Shown one piece after another: positions 49,562 to 58,263 of a stretch of DNA of 64,000 nucleotides. The translations under genes and the position numbers were made by a program. The notes beneath the pieces were generated by a model that saw only the letters and a program-made list of their open reading frames with translations, had not been told where the DNA came from and searched no databases. Every line of letters begins with the position of its first letter. The first letter of the stretch is position 1. Origin of the DNA: Akkermansia muciniphila (GTDB lineage: Bacteria > Verrucomicrobiota > Verrucomicrobiia > Verrucomicrobiales > Verrucomicrobiaceae); assembly GCA_945882215.1 (NCBI GenBank), contig CAMCWM010000007.1, forward strand, positions 992 through 64,991, given 5' to 3'.

Positions 49562-49601
49562 AAGTCTGGAAACATGAAAACTCCAAAATGAGGCCCCCTG
49601 T

Positions 49602-50180
49602 ATGAAAACGCACCTCCTTACCATCTGCTTAATCGTCACAGTATTGGCCAGTTCTGACACCAAGGCAGACATCCTGCTCGGTGCGCCAGGCGTGCCCGCT
49701 GGCACACGCATCGCGACCAAGGTGCCGTTCATGATCAACTACACTCTGCCGAACTCCTACAAGTTCATCTTCTCTGGCATTCAGGCCAAGGGAGACACGC
49801 TCGGTGCTCCGGGCTCCTCGGGCACGAATGGCAATGGCGGGCAGTTTCACCTTCAGGCCACGGTCTCTGGGGACAGCGGCGGTTCCGAGCGGGCGGGACT
49901 GATCGAGTTCCGCGATATTCAGGACTACAATTCCTCTCCGCTTCAGACGATCCTCATCTCGCCTGTTGCGGTGTTCAAGGCGACCTCAAGCCCGATCACC
50001 ATCAACTTGCAATGGAAAGGCAATGGGAATGCACACAAGCCCAACGGCATCTTCACCATCCTAGGCGAGTACCAAAAGGACCCGCCAATCCCAACAGGCT
50101 CGCTAACCTTTTCCACGGGTGCTTGGATTCTCGAAGAGAGTCCAAACCCCGAGGGGGCGGTGACCATTGTTCGCGAATGA
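49602..50180 (+). CDS. Exported ORFan A (192 aa)
   Basis: The signal is MKTHLLTICLIVTVLASSDTKA. GAGG lies 8 nt upstream of the ATG. It has a Gly/Ser-rich middle (GAPGSSGTNGNGG), and I recognised no family. Confidence 0.7.
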   Translation: MKTHLLTICLIVTVLASSDTKADILLGAPGVPAGTRIATKVPFMINYTLPNSYKFIFSGIQAKGDTLGAPGSSGTNGNGGQFHLQATVSGDSGGSERAGLIEFRDIQDYNSSPLQTILISPVAVFKATSSPITINLQWKGNGNAHKPNGIFTILGEYQKDPPIPTGSLTFSTGAWILEESPNPEGAVTIVRE

Positions 50181-50193
50181 CCCGAGGACTCAC

Positions 50194-50748
50194 ATGAAAC
50201 CTGAACGCATATTCCGACCTGCAACACGCTTCGGCGCGTTGCTTCTTGGGATCATCGCCACCACGGGAATGCTGCATGCCCAGCAGGCGCGGGATGTGAT
50301 TCATGAGGAAGCCCTGCGTCAGCAAGTCGCTGCGGCACCCACACTGAAATCTCACCTGAGTTCCAAAGCCAGGCCGCTCACAAACCAAGCACCGGCCATT
50401 CAAAGCTCTCTGTGGAGAAATTCGATCATCCTCACGGATGGAGAAAAGTTCACTCTCGTGCCCGTCGGCTCCATCCTGCATCTTCCATCTGAGCTGAGAA
50501 CTCGCGTCATCGCCAAGCCACAGGGTGACTTCACTTTTTGGCCAAACTTTTTGAAGCGCAATGCAGCCTGGCTCGCTGCCAAAGAAGTTTCGCTGAAGCT
50601 TTCACGCGGCAATGCCCAGGAAGCGAATGCCTTGCTGAAAAGTCTTTCCCAAGATCCGCATCTTGTCGTCGCGACCTACAAAGGTGGGCCGATCACCATT
50701 CTTGAACCCGCGCACGTGAGTTCGGGCGCCAATCCCACACCGCCATGA
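50194..50748 (+). CDS. Exported or membrane-anchored ORFan B (184 aa)
   Basis: MKPERIFRPATRFGALLLGIIATTGMLHA. The start was trimmed from 50167. Its stop overlaps the next start (ATGA). Confidence 0.65.
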   Translation: MKPERIFRPATRFGALLLGIIATTGMLHAQQARDVIHEEALRQQVAAAPTLKSHLSSKARPLTNQAPAIQSSLWRNSIILTDGEKFTLVPVGSILHLPSELRTRVIAKPQGDFTFWPNFLKRNAAWLAAKEVSLKLSRGNAQEANALLKSLSQDPHLVVATYKGGPITILEPAHVSSGANPTPP

Positions 50749-51830
50749 ATGTGAAAACCGCTTTTTTCTGTTTGTTCACCACTGGCGTGCTCGGGCAGGT
50801 TCCGGAAGCTTGGGTACGTCAGACAGATCTGGCCACCGGTCAAATCTATGACACTCCCATCACGGGAACCGGCGGTGCGTACACCTCGCCTGAACACGTG
50901 AATGCGGGTGGCTCTCTCTTTGAACTTTTTGCACGTGGCACTGCTTGGGATAGCAACATCTACCTGCTCGACACCAAGATCATCGGCACCTACAACCCCG
51001 AGACGTCCATCAGCATCACCTCGGAAGACGACTATGTGCGGGGCGATCCTGCCAGCACCACTTTCGTGAAGCGCACCCGTGCAGACCGCCCCTTCTCGGT
51101 GAACATCCAGGTGCAGGGTCTGGTCGCTGGCAGCACCACCCTGGCAGAGAATTCGGTCTATCTGGCGGTGCATGGCAAAAACTACGACCCGCTGACCTAC
51201 TCGTCGTTGAACCAGGCACAGTATCTGATCGAAGAATCGAATCTGGAAAATGGCACCCACACCTTCGGTCCGATCTATCATCAACTGACATCACCCACGA
51301 TGAGTTCAGGCAATGGGGAGCAGTCTTTCACCATCGTCCGTTACGCCTCCTATCAGGTCCCCGACACCATCCTGGCGCAGCCGAAAGTCGAAATCTGGCC
51401 CGTGGCGTCAGCCAGCGTCAGCAACATCACGGCCGGGCAGGTCTTCATTGATCGCATTCCTTCTCTCGTGGTTGCTCTCAACCATCTTTACCCGGACTCC
51501 CGTACCTACGTACAGATCTACAAGGGCAACCAGGTGCTGGGAACCGCCGGAACGCTCGTCAATGGGACTGAGTTGCGCTTCGGCAGGCACTACAATCCAG
51601 AGCAGACGGAGAGCTCCACCAATGTGCCGCAGAGTCTTTCGGTGTCGATTGATGACCTCTCCAACTACGCCTCCGAGGATGGCACCTACACATTGGAGGT
51701 CATCACCCATACCCCTTTCTTTGGGCGCTCGGCCGAGCGGTTGTATCACATCACCTTTGAAGTGGACCGCGTCATCACATCGCGCGGCCAGATCAGCACG
51801 ATGGAGCTGTCCAGCCCGGTTTCGCCATGA
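50745..51830 (+). CDS. Exported ORFan C (361 aa), beta-rich and possibly Ig-like at the C-terminus
   Basis: The signal is MNVKTAFFCLFTTGVLG. The C-terminal segment EDGTYTLEVITH is typical of Ig-like sandwich strands. It has ATGA overlaps on both sides. Confidence 0.7.
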   Translation: MNVKTAFFCLFTTGVLGQVPEAWVRQTDLATGQIYDTPITGTGGAYTSPEHVNAGGSLFELFARGTAWDSNIYLLDTKIIGTYNPETSISITSEDDYVRGDPASTTFVKRTRADRPFSVNIQVQGLVAGSTTLAENSVYLAVHGKNYDPLTYSSLNQAQYLIEESNLENGTHTFGPIYHQLTSPTMSSGNGEQSFTIVRYASYQVPDTILAQPKVEIWPVASASVSNITAGQVFIDRIPSLVVALNHLYPDSRTYVQIYKGNQVLGTAGTLVNGTELRFGRHYNPEQTESSTNVPQSLSVSIDDLSNYASEDGTYTLEVITHTPFFGRSAERLYHITFEVDRVITSRGQISTMELSSPVSP

Positions 51831-52282
51831 ACTTACCACGACGCCAGCGCCTTCACCCACGTGGAAGTTTGCTGATCGAGGTGTCGATGGCCCTCGCCCT
51901 GACCTCGGCGCTGGCGCTGGTGATCATGCGCGCCTCGCTGCTTTCCATTTCAGGCAATCAATGGACCATCATGCAGACTCTGACGGATGCCTATCTCTCA
52001 CGTGAAAGTGCGTTGTCCAACCGGCTTCCGTTTGCCGATCTCACCAGTGCCGAGTCCACCTGGCCGGAGCTGGCCGATGATCCCCTGCCTGAACAAACCG
52101 TCACGCTGGGACGAGTCGCCGGTGGCCATGCAGTGCATGGAACCTTGAAGCGCTTTCGCACCTCTGAGGTCGCGTCCAATGCGGAGGCCCCGCTGACGGT
52201 GTGGCGGCTGCATTCGATCCTGAGTTATCGCATCGGAAGCCAGGAGTACATGAAAAGCCGGTCCACCCTGCGTCTGCAATGA
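51827..52282 (+). CDS. Minor pseudopilin (prepilin-type N-terminus, Ser at +1)
   Basis: MNLPRRQRLHPRG|SLLIEVSMALALTSALALVIM has a Gly(-1), Glu(+5) and a hydrophobic helix. Confidence 0.75.
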   Translation: MNLPRRQRLHPRGSLLIEVSMALALTSALALVIMRASLLSISGNQWTIMQTLTDAYLSRESALSNRLPFADLTSAESTWPELADDPLPEQTVTLGRVAGGHAVHGTLKRFRTSEVASNAEAPLTVWRLHSILSYRIGSQEYMKSRSTLRLQ

Positions 52283-52809
52283 AATGGCCGCTCCATCGCA
52301 CTCGTCTGAATCGCCGCGGCTTCACGCTGATGGAGGTTTCCACAGCGATGGGGCTGATGGTCATGCTCAGCGGTGCCCTGGTGGTCATGTTGCAGCAGCA
52401 TCTCAGTTTCATGGGAATGGCGCAGCGGCAGTCTTTCCTCGCGCAGGAAGCTCCGCAGATCGGCAACATCTTGGGCCGCATCTTCCAGCAGGCGGATCAC
52501 TTTTTCATCTATACCAGTCGTGAAAGCGCCCTTAACGGAGGAACTCCGGTGATTGAGAATGGCAACGTTGTGCGGCTGTTCTTCAAAACCGCCGTACAGA
52601 CCACTCAGTAACGCTTGATCGCCGCCGAGACAGGCAGCAATGGCACCTCGTTGCGTTTCTATACGCCGCAGCCCGATGGCACAGAAACTTCCTGGTTGAT
52701 CTGCCAGGGACTCCAAGGCGCGACTTTCAATGCCAATGAAGGGATTCTCACGGTCACGCTCACTGGTCCGAACGGCGAAGAGATCACCTACTGTGGAGGT
52801 GCCCGATGA
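52279..52809 (+). pseudogene. Pseudopilin gene interrupted by a single in-frame TAA (52609-52611). The halves are 52279-52611 and 52615-52809.
   Basis: MKWPLHRTRLNRRG|FTLMEVSTAMGLMVMLSG. My codon-by-codon reading gives ..AVQTTQ-TAA-R-L-IAAETGSNGTSLRFY.. in one frame. The second half ends in an ATGA overlap with the next gene. Confidence 0.6.
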
Positions 52810-54755
52810 ACAACCGCGCTCTCAAACGCGACTCGGGCTATGTCTCGCTCCCGATCGTCACCGGACTGGCCATCATGTTCACGCTCAGCCTGACCATGCT
52901 CTTCAAGAGCACGCTCATGAATCGTGACCAGGCTTCGAAGACACAGCTGCGTGTGGACTACCGCCAGCGCGAGGAAGCCCTTCTGCGAGCGCTCGTCGCC
53001 ACCTTTCCTGGCAAGGCAATGGAATGCATGAAAGCCAATCACGCCGAGGGAGCTGCCCACGCCTGGAGCACGATCTTTGCCGAGGCCGTGACGCTGTCGT
53101 CCTCGTCTCAACGTCTTTCGCCTGAAATTCTGCAAAGTCTCAATCTGGGTGGCAAACTCAGTGGTGATGTTGGCGACCACAGCAGCGTCGAGGTGAGGAG
53201 CTGGATCACCTCGCTGACCGGTGAGGCCGGGCAAGTCACACCCGGCACCACCACGTATGCTGAAATTTTTGCCCAGCCTGCCTTTGCTGGAAAAGTGCCA
53301 CCACTGCTGGACACAAGCGCCGAGCTGCAAACTGCCGATGCTCTGCGGCCCATCGTCACGCCGTTGAAGCGCTACGTCACCCAGGTTCCAGGCCTGCTTG
53401 CGGATGTGGCAGTGCATCCAGTTTACAATTTGATCCCCTACCCCAACATCCGTTTTGGGTATGCCGCGCCCGGAGAACCATTTGTGGCAAAGCGGAACTG
53501 GTGGGCCTTCACCGTGAACTACGGCAGCAGCAACAGCACCGTGGCCCGTCATTACGTGCTGTCGTTGTATGAGATCCCCTCACAAATGCCGATCGAGGCC
53601 GCCACCTTCGCCGCCATTGGCACACATCAAGATGGCACGGCGTGGAATGCGGACATGGTAAGCATTGAGGGTTCCGTCTATGCCGCGCGCATGAGTGTCT
53701 CAGGGGCTTACGGTGCCGCACGGCTCGCAGGCCGCAGCGGCATCGAGATGACAGCGGACCTCGACCTTGGTGGTGTCTCCGTGGGCTCTGATTTTGACGC
53801 TCTGGGCGAACGCGAACGTCTCCAGGCCGAGCAGGGCACCGATGTGCTTCCGGTCGCCTTGTCGGCCAACTCCGGGCGTCTCACCTTTCTTCCTCTGCCC
53901 ACGGGTTCTGGTTACCTTCGTCGCAGCCCTCCGGGGAACACGCTGAATGCGTTTGAGGAATACACCTCTGGAGGTCAGCGCTGCCGAATCACCGTCGAGG
54001 CCACGTCCATGGTAAGCTACGAAGATCAAACACCCACGGCCATCCGTGTGCGTTTTCCAAATCCTGCCGGCGGCACGAGCGAGATTGTTCTGCAACGCGG
54101 CAGTAACTGGCCGACGGTTTTTGAACCTGGAGGCTCCATCATCCCCTTCCAGACCGAACTGACCAACAACAATCGTTCCTGCCTCACCTTTCATCCATCA
54201 CTGCTGGATGCCTGGCTACTGGCGCAGGGAGCAGCCAGTGTGGCGACCAACAACAGCCTCTACTTCGATGTGGATCCAACCCTGGACCCGATGAATGTGC
54301 GCGTCGTCAGCGATCCACCGGCCATGGAAGACATGTGTGTCATCATCCGCCGGGGGAAGGATCTCACAAACTACACCGCCGGACTCAGCATCATCGCGCC
54401 ACTGCGGGTTTATGTGGGTGATGATCTGAACGCCATCCCTGCAGCGACCATCCCCGTCGGCTCGGGCCTGGTGGATAGCACCGTATTCTATCCGCCGCTC
54501 TCCATCTTTGCCGCCGAGTTGCGCGTGGGCACCACTGGATTCAATCGCCCCATCGAGCACCATGGGCAGCTCGGCAGTCTTGCCACAAGCGGTGCCACCG
54601 CCTGGCAACCGCTGGACATGAAATCCGGCAGTGATGACGCGGTGCATTCCGACAGCATTTCCGCCGATCTCAAGCCGTTGCGCAGTCCCGCCGAACTGCC
54701 ACCGGTTCATCCCATGAACTGGTTGGTCGTCATAGAAGAGATCCCTCAAGACTGA
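52806..54755 (+). CDS. Large GspK/PilX-like minor pseudopilin (649 aa), lacking Glu+5
   Basis: MNNRALKRDSG|YVSLPIVTGLAIMFTLSLTMLF has a single N-terminal hydrophobic helix followed by a large domain with no family I could recognise. Confidence 0.65.
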   Translation: MNNRALKRDSGYVSLPIVTGLAIMFTLSLTMLFKSTLMNRDQASKTQLRVDYRQREEALLRALVATFPGKAMECMKANHAEGAAHAWSTIFAEAVTLSSSSQRLSPEILQSLNLGGKLSGDVGDHSSVEVRSWITSLTGEAGQVTPGTTTYAEIFAQPAFAGKVPPLLDTSAELQTADALRPIVTPLKRYVTQVPGLLADVAVHPVYNLIPYPNIRFGYAAPGEPFVAKRNWWAFTVNYGSSNSTVARHYVLSLYEIPSQMPIEAATFAAIGTHQDGTAWNADMVSIEGSVYAARMSVSGAYGAARLAGRSGIEMTADLDLGGVSVGSDFDALGERERLQAEQGTDVLPVALSANSGRLTFLPLPTGSGYLRRSPPGNTLNAFEEYTSGGQRCRITVEATSMVSYEDQTPTAIRVRFPNPAGGTSEIVLQRGSNWPTVFEPGGSIIPFQTELTNNNRSCLTFHPSLLDAWLLAQGAASVATNNSLYFDVDPTLDPMNVRVVSDPPAMEDMCVIIRRGKDLTNYTAGLSIIAPLRVYVGDDLNAIPAATIPVGSGLVDSTVFYPPLSIFAAELRVGTTGFNRPIEHHGQLGSLATSGATAWQPLDMKSGSDDAVHSDSISADLKPLRSPAELPPVHPMNWLVVIEEIPQD

Positions 54756-54764
54756 ATCCCACCC

Positions 54765-55919
54765 ATGTGTACCGCCACTTCCACCAACAACATCCTCGGT
54801 GATCTCGCCAAGATCTTTGCCGGGCGTGAAATCTCCGATGTACAAGTTCGCACAGGCGGACTGATCTATCTGCACACCAATCGCGGTCTGGAGATCGCCG
54901 AGAGTTTTGGCATCCAGGATGCCGAAGCCGTGAGGCGCCTGGCCGAGGCGCTCTTCATGCGCCAGTCCGTCGAGATCTGGACAGATACGGATGCCGTCGG
55001 CAATGCTGACCGGATGTGGGAGATGGTGCGCAGCCGCCGGGTCATCGACTTCAGTTGTGAAGAAGGCGCGCTCGGCTCCCCGGTGCGAATGCGTGTGCAG
55101 GTGCATCTCAGTGAGCACGGCATGGGCGTTACCTGCCGCTGGCTGCGCGCAAAAATCAACCAGCTCGAGACGCTCGGCATCGATCCGCTCATCTCCGACA
55201 GCCTGCGCGATCTGATGCAGCGTCGTTTTGGCCTGGGGCTCATCACCGGTCCCACGGGCTCCGGTAAATCCACCACGCTGGCCGCCATCCTTGACTGGGT
55301 GCGGCGTCATTTCCCCAAACACATCGTCACCATCGAAGACCCCATCGAATATCGCTACGACGCGATGATGGACGATCCCAACCAGCCTGGTGTGCGGTTT
55401 CCAGCGCCATCCCTGGTCACACAGCAGGAGGTGGGAAGGCACACGTTGTCGTATCAAAGCGGTCTGAAGGAAGTGCTGCGCAAAACGCCCAACATCATCC
55501 TCATCGGAGAAATTCGTGATCGTGAAACGATGGAGACCTGCATCGAAGCCGCGCAGACGGGCCACTTTGTGCTCTCCACACTGCACACCCGTGGCGCGGT
55601 GAAGACAATTGACCGTATCCTCGAATTTTTCCCCAAAGATCAGCAACCCGGCATCCTGCATCGACTGAGCGAGACGCTGACCTTTGTGCTCTCCCAAGGC
55701 CTGCTCACGGGCTTCAATGGCCGCGTGCTTGTCACCGAATACCTGCAAAACACCAGCGAAGCTGTGGCTGCCGGTATGCGCGCCTATGACGGCAGCGCCA
55801 CCTCCCTCGCCGATGCGCTTCGCTACAAAGGCAATCTGCGCTGGGATCAGAGCCTCATCAATCTCTACCGAGCCGGCCACATCTCCGAGGACATCTTCAA
55901 CGCGAACCTGCTGGGATAG
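54765..55919 (+). CDS. pilT: PilT/PilU-family type IV pilus retraction ATPase
   Basis: Walker A is GLITGPTGSGKST, the Asp box is HIVTIEDPIEY, Walker B is PNIILIGEIRD and the His box is GHFVLSTLHT. It is 384 aa and has no T2SSE_N domain or Zn-Cys cluster. Confidence 0.88.
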   Translation: MCTATSTNNILGDLAKIFAGREISDVQVRTGGLIYLHTNRGLEIAESFGIQDAEAVRRLAEALFMRQSVEIWTDTDAVGNADRMWEMVRSRRVIDFSCEEGALGSPVRMRVQVHLSEHGMGVTCRWLRAKINQLETLGIDPLISDSLRDLMQRRFGLGLITGPTGSGKSTTLAAILDWVRRHFPKHIVTIEDPIEYRYDAMMDDPNQPGVRFPAPSLVTQQEVGRHTLSYQSGLKEVLRKTPNIILIGEIRDRETMETCIEAAQTGHFVLSTLHTRGAVKTIDRILEFFPKDQQPGILHRLSETLTFVLSQGLLTGFNGRVLVTEYLQNTSEAVAAGMRAYDGSATSLADALRYKGNLRWDQSLINLYRAGHISEDIFNANLLG

Positions 55920-56814
55920 GCGGAGCTGCACTCGATGATGCGGTGCCAGGCGGCAACAAAGGACGGATCATCTCGCTGATGCGGGAGAGCAGCTTCGCAT
56001 GGTCTTCGAACTCCTGGCGACGCACCGCCGGGACGCCATCCCACCAGCCTTCCGTTTGGGCGGTGTTGCGCAGATTCCGATAGCGCTCCAAGCAGCGCTC
56101 CAAAGCATGCCATTGGCTGATGACCGCCTTGTTGTCGCGGCGCAGGTTGCCGGGTTGCAGTTGGTCATTGAGCAGATTGATGGCGGCACCTGCGCCGGTC
56201 AGAGCATCGGACAAACTGCCATGTTCACGCACACCATAAGCCATGGCGCTCTGCGCCAGAGAGTCGATGGCAGACCGGGCGGCTTCCGGCGATTTGGTGC
56301 GGGAGGCGATGTGAAAGTGCAGAATCTCGTAAAGCGTCGCATCACCAGGATCGAGCTGATAGGCGAAGCGCAGCCGCACATCGGCTGCGGCGTTGAGATA
56401 ATTCTGATGTGCTGCTGATAACGGCAAGGTGCTGGTGCGCTTGGTGCGGCTTTTTTCGAGCCGGGTGAGATGATCGATACGGCTCTGCAACCATGAGACA
56501 TCCGCTTGGACCTGCGGCGGAGGTTTTGGCATGCCCTTTCGAGCAAAGCGACCCGGCGGTGGTGGAGGTGGCGGAGTGCCTTGTGGAGCTTTTGTCTCGA
56601 CGGCTGGGACCGCGCTCTCGCCACCATGCCAGTAGCTGTAAAGCGAGTCGCGAATCAAACGCGCAGCCAGACTGCCATAGGCGCTTCCTGGCAGCGCAAA
56701 GGCCGGCGGGGGAGCTGTTGCCTGCAAGCTCCTCTGCGAGCAGGACAAGGCATGTCCCGCCCACCAAAGAACGCTCGCGGCGGTCAGAGTCAGGAGCGTG
56801 TGCGGAAGAGACAT
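55897..56814 (-). CDS. Membrane-anchored hypothetical protein with a poly-Pro linker and a helical C-domain
   Basis: MSLPHTLLTLTAASVLWWAGHAL, then GTPPPPPPPGRFARKGMPKPPP. It overlaps the permease end by 25 nt and the converging pilT end by 23 nt. The coding call is less certain than for its neighbours. Confidence 0.5.
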   Translation of the reverse strand: MSLPHTLLTLTAASVLWWAGHALSCSQRSLQATAPPPAFALPGSAYGSLAARLIRDSLYSYWHGGESAVPAVETKAPQGTPPPPPPPGRFARKGMPKPPPQVQADVSWLQSRIDHLTRLEKSRTKRTSTLPLSAAHQNYLNAAADVRLRFAYQLDPGDATLYEILHFHIASRTKSPEAARSAIDSLAQSAMAYGVREHGSLSDALTGAGAAINLLNDQLQPGNLRRDNKAVISQWHALERCLERYRNLRNTAQTEGWWDGVPAVRRQEFEDHAKLLSRISEMIRPLLPPGTASSSAAPPIPAGSR

Positions 56815-57569
56815 AACCCAAAGATGGAAATGGCGGCGCCTTGCAGGCCCAGCGTGCCTGCCACGCCAATGAAATCAGCGGCTGGCAGCGGACCCATTTT
56901 GAAAACCAGACGCGGAGTCAAATCCGCCAGATGATAGTGCGGCAGCGCCAGCCAGAACGATTGCAACACGCCCGAATCCGCACCTCCGAGCAGTGGTGCC
57001 AGCCACGCGGCACCAAACAGGCCCACAAACAGGAGTCCTGTGGGAACCATGAAGGCAATGACCTCCGCTGTGCGAGTGCCCAATGCCACCGCCAGCATCA
57101 ACAAGGGAGCGGCACAAAGGCTGTAGATGAAGGCATACTGTAGAACGAGCGTCGTCCACATCTGCGCCTCCTCAGGCCGTTTGGGCAAAGTCCAAGTGAG
57201 GCAAAAGATCACCGCGATGAGCACCACGGCCAGCATCCACACCAAAATGGCCGCGCTGAGTTGCAGGCACTGGCTGATCCTGCCAGTTCCGCCTGCATGC
57301 AGGTGCTCCAACATGCCTTCACACCGCATTCGATGCCCGAGCGCCGAGGCTTGAAACGGCAGCCAGGTAAAGAGCGCGATCCAGGCATAAACCCAGGCAG
57401 CCTGAGCACGTGCGGGCTGGAGAATCTGCGGATTTTCCTCCCACGGTGTGAGCAGCGGTGCGATCCAGATGAAGAGGCCCGCTCCGAGCAGCAGCAGCCA
57501 GCAACTGCCGCGCCCCATGAGTCCGGCGAGGCTGAGGCGAAATAAAGGCCATGCACGCAAGGAACTCAT
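56790..57569 (-). CDS. ABC-2-type permease-like polytopic membrane protein
   Basis: It begins MSSLRAWPLFRLSLAGLMG and has about 6 hydrophobic segments. The start was trimmed from 57677 to 57569, giving an ATGA overlap with the ABC ATPase stop. Confidence 0.68.
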   Translation of the reverse strand: MSSLRAWPLFRLSLAGLMGRGSCWLLLLGAGLFIWIAPLLTPWEENPQILQPARAQAAWVYAWIALFTWLPFQASALGHRMRCEGMLEHLHAGGTGRISQCLQLSAAILVWMLAVVLIAVIFCLTWTLPKRPEEAQMWTTLVLQYAFIYSLCAAPLLMLAVALGTRTAEVIAFMVPTGLLFVGLFGAAWLAPLLGGADSGVLQSFWLALPHYHLADLTPRLVFKMGPLPAADFIGVAGTLGLQGAAISIFGLCLFRTRS

Positions 57570-58246
57570 GATTGCAGATTGCGGTAGGTTTCCATCCATG
57601 TGCTGCCGCTGCGCTCCTGGGCGTGACGCAACTGCCCGCGCGCGATGGTCAGCAACGAGTCCGCCTGACGCACGCATTCCAGTTCATGCATGATGACCAA
57701 GCGCATCGTGCGCGTGCCTGCGGCGGCCCAAAGCTGCGTCACCTGCTCACGTGTCTCGGCATCCAGGCCGGTGAGCGGCTCGTCCATGAGCAGCACGCTG
57801 GTTTCGCTTTGTGCCGCCTTCACCTCGGCCAAAATCAAAAGCACTTTCTGACGGTTGCCGCGTGAGAGCTTGCCGATGGGAGTGGTCAGATTCAGCCGCA
57901 GTGTCTCGGCCAGCTCTTCTGCGGAGACAAGCGATTCACCCTTGAACCAGGCGCGGAAAAAAGTGCGCGATTTCATCTCAGGATCGACGCGCAGCTCATC
58001 AGCGAAGTAATGCACCTGGGCGTCTGTTTTCACCCGGCCTTTCAGCGCAGGAGACAAACCGGCCAGCGTGCGCAGCAACGTTGTTTTGCCTGTGCCGTTC
58101 GGAGCCACCAGCAGGTGCAGACCCGTGCCGGCATGGATGTCGTCAGCAACTTCGACGAGGCATTGGGCGGCACGTTTCCAAGGCAAACCGGTGCGGTAGC
58201 CGAAGCGTGTGCCACTGGGGATATGCAGAAGAGTTTCAGAAGCCAT
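57566..58246 (-). CDS. ABC transporter ATP-binding protein
   Basis: Walker A is APNGTGKTTLLRTLAG, the signature is LSRGNRQKV and Walker B is VLLMDEPLTGLD. The start was trimmed from 58282 to the ATG at 58246. Confidence 0.85.
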   Translation of the reverse strand: MASETLLHIPSGTRFGYRTGLPWKRAAQCLVEVADDIHAGTGLHLLVAPNGTGKTTLLRTLAGLSPALKGRVKTDAQVHYFADELRVDPEMKSRTFFRAWFKGESLVSAEELAETLRLNLTTPIGKLSRGNRQKVLLILAEVKAAQSETSVLLMDEPLTGLDAETREQVTQLWAAAGTRTMRLVIMHELECVRQADSLLTIARGQLRHAQERSGSTWMETYRNLQS

Positions 58247-58263
58247 GCGAGAATGAGGTACGT

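Noticed and set aside
49574-49591. The mini-ORF MKTPK considered as an independent small protein gene.
   Set aside because: It is too short, has no Shine-Dalgarno of its own, and I have no conservation evidence. It is kept only as a possible regulatory uORF in the control-region finding.
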